Shown in pieces: positions 62,248 through 62,802 of a stretch of 62,802 nucleotides of DNA. The DNA lies in contig JAZRYC010000162.1 of the NCBI GenBank assembly GCA_045600525.1, positions 1-62,802 of the forward strand, written 5' to 3'. The notes below the pieces were generated by a model, which was given only the letters and a program-made list of their open reading frames with translations, made no database searches and had not been told where the DNA came from. Both the position numbers and the translations under genes were made by a program. Source of the DNA: Bacteroidales bacterium. GTDB taxonomy: Bacteria > Bacteroidota > Bacteroidia > Bacteroidales > WCHB1-69. Positions within the stretch are counted from its first letter, which is position 1, and every line of letters starts with the position of its first letter.

Positions 62248-62802
62248 TTATTCTTCTTCTTCGTGTTCAGCTTCGTATTTCTTAATGATTTCGGATTGAA
62301 CATCAGCAGAAACAGCTTGGTATTCAGCGAACTTCATTGTGTAGGAAGCACGACCGGAAGTGATGGAGCTCAAAGTGGTAGAATATTTGTTCAATTCTGC
62401 CAATGGAATCTTAGCGTGGATCATCTGGAAGGTGCCTTCGCTATCCATACCCATCATGATACCGCGACGGCCTTGAAGGTCGGTCATAACATCACCCATA
62501 CGGTCTGCGGGAACGAAGATGTCAACGTCGTAGATAGGTTCGAGGATCTTCGGACCAGCGTTGGTGAAGGCTTCTTTGAAAGCGTGGCGGGAAGCCAATT
62601 TGAATGCCATTTCGTTGGAATCAACCGGGTGCATTTTACCATCGTAAATGTTTACGACGATGTCGCGAGCGTAAGAACCGGTAAGCGGGCCTTCTTCCAG
62701 TCTTTCCATAATACCCTTCAAGATAGCCGGCATGAAGCGTGCATCGATAGCACCACCGACGATACAGTTGTTGTAGATCAACTTACCACCCCAAGGAAGG
62801 TC
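62248..62802 (-). CDS. elongation factor G family GTPase, C-terminal part (N-terminus beyond the window end)
   Basis: Domains IV and V: ...GGAIDARFMPAILKGI...GPKILEPIYDVDIFVP...GDVMTDLQGRRG...GRASYTMKFAEYQ. The ORF stays open to the window edge. It is not next to rpsG, so it may be the EF-G paralogue. Confidence 0.85.
   Translation of the reverse strand, partial: DLPWGGKLIYNNCIVGGAIDARFMPAILKGIMERLEEGPLTGSYARDIVVNIYDGKMHPVDSNEMAFKLASRHAFKEAFTNAGPKILEPIYDVDIFVPADRMGDVMTDLQGRRGIMMGMDSEGTFQMIHAKIPLAELNKYSTTLSSITSGRASYTMKFAEYQAVSADVQSEIIKKYEAEHEEEE

Overview
The window reads as a Bacteroidota chromosome segment, probably Bacteroidales and Prevotella-like. The evidence is T9SS components and cargo, a short 286-aa RpoD, an S46 peptidase, and TAnnTTTG -7 promoter boxes upstream of most transcription units. 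Most of it is housekeeping: ackA, grpE-dnaJ, nspC, tRNA-Ser(GGA), an exbB/exbD cluster, a YicC-family gene, der, desulfoferrodoxin plus a LysR regulator, 5-formyl-THF cyclo-ligase, aspC, rplU-rpmA, an HtrA-like protease, rpoD, a DksA-like gene with lspA, an S46 peptidase, holA-valS, an M16 peptidase, a patatin-like gene with uvrB, an MltD-like transglycosylase, porQ, a DegT aminotransferase and the EF-G C-terminus. The outstanding feature is 17481-36134, about 30% of the window. It holds three back-to-back, independently promoted and terminated giant paralogous genes (2075, 1833 and 2186 aa). Each encodes a signal peptide, a mosaic passenger and a nearly identical FN3 + T9SS C-terminal sorting cassette. 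The passengers reuse FN3-like, jelly-roll (MAM / choice-of-anchor-J / cleaved-adhesin-like) and CUB-like modules plus two module types I cannot classify. Between genes 1 and 2 the cassette homology continues past the stop codon through the terminator, which suggests homogenisation by recombination. A second unexplained signal is a family of intergenic elements built from tandem heptanucleotide arrays: GTTTCAR, TTAACCC, WGYTCAC and CATTRTT. They occur at 3149, 12475-12546, 16625-16751 and 61334-61379, and the last lies inside a GC-rich structured non-coding island (61258-61617). I saw no CRISPR array, transposase, integrase or rRNA. All calls rest on reading the supplied translations and sequence by eye; no database search was run.
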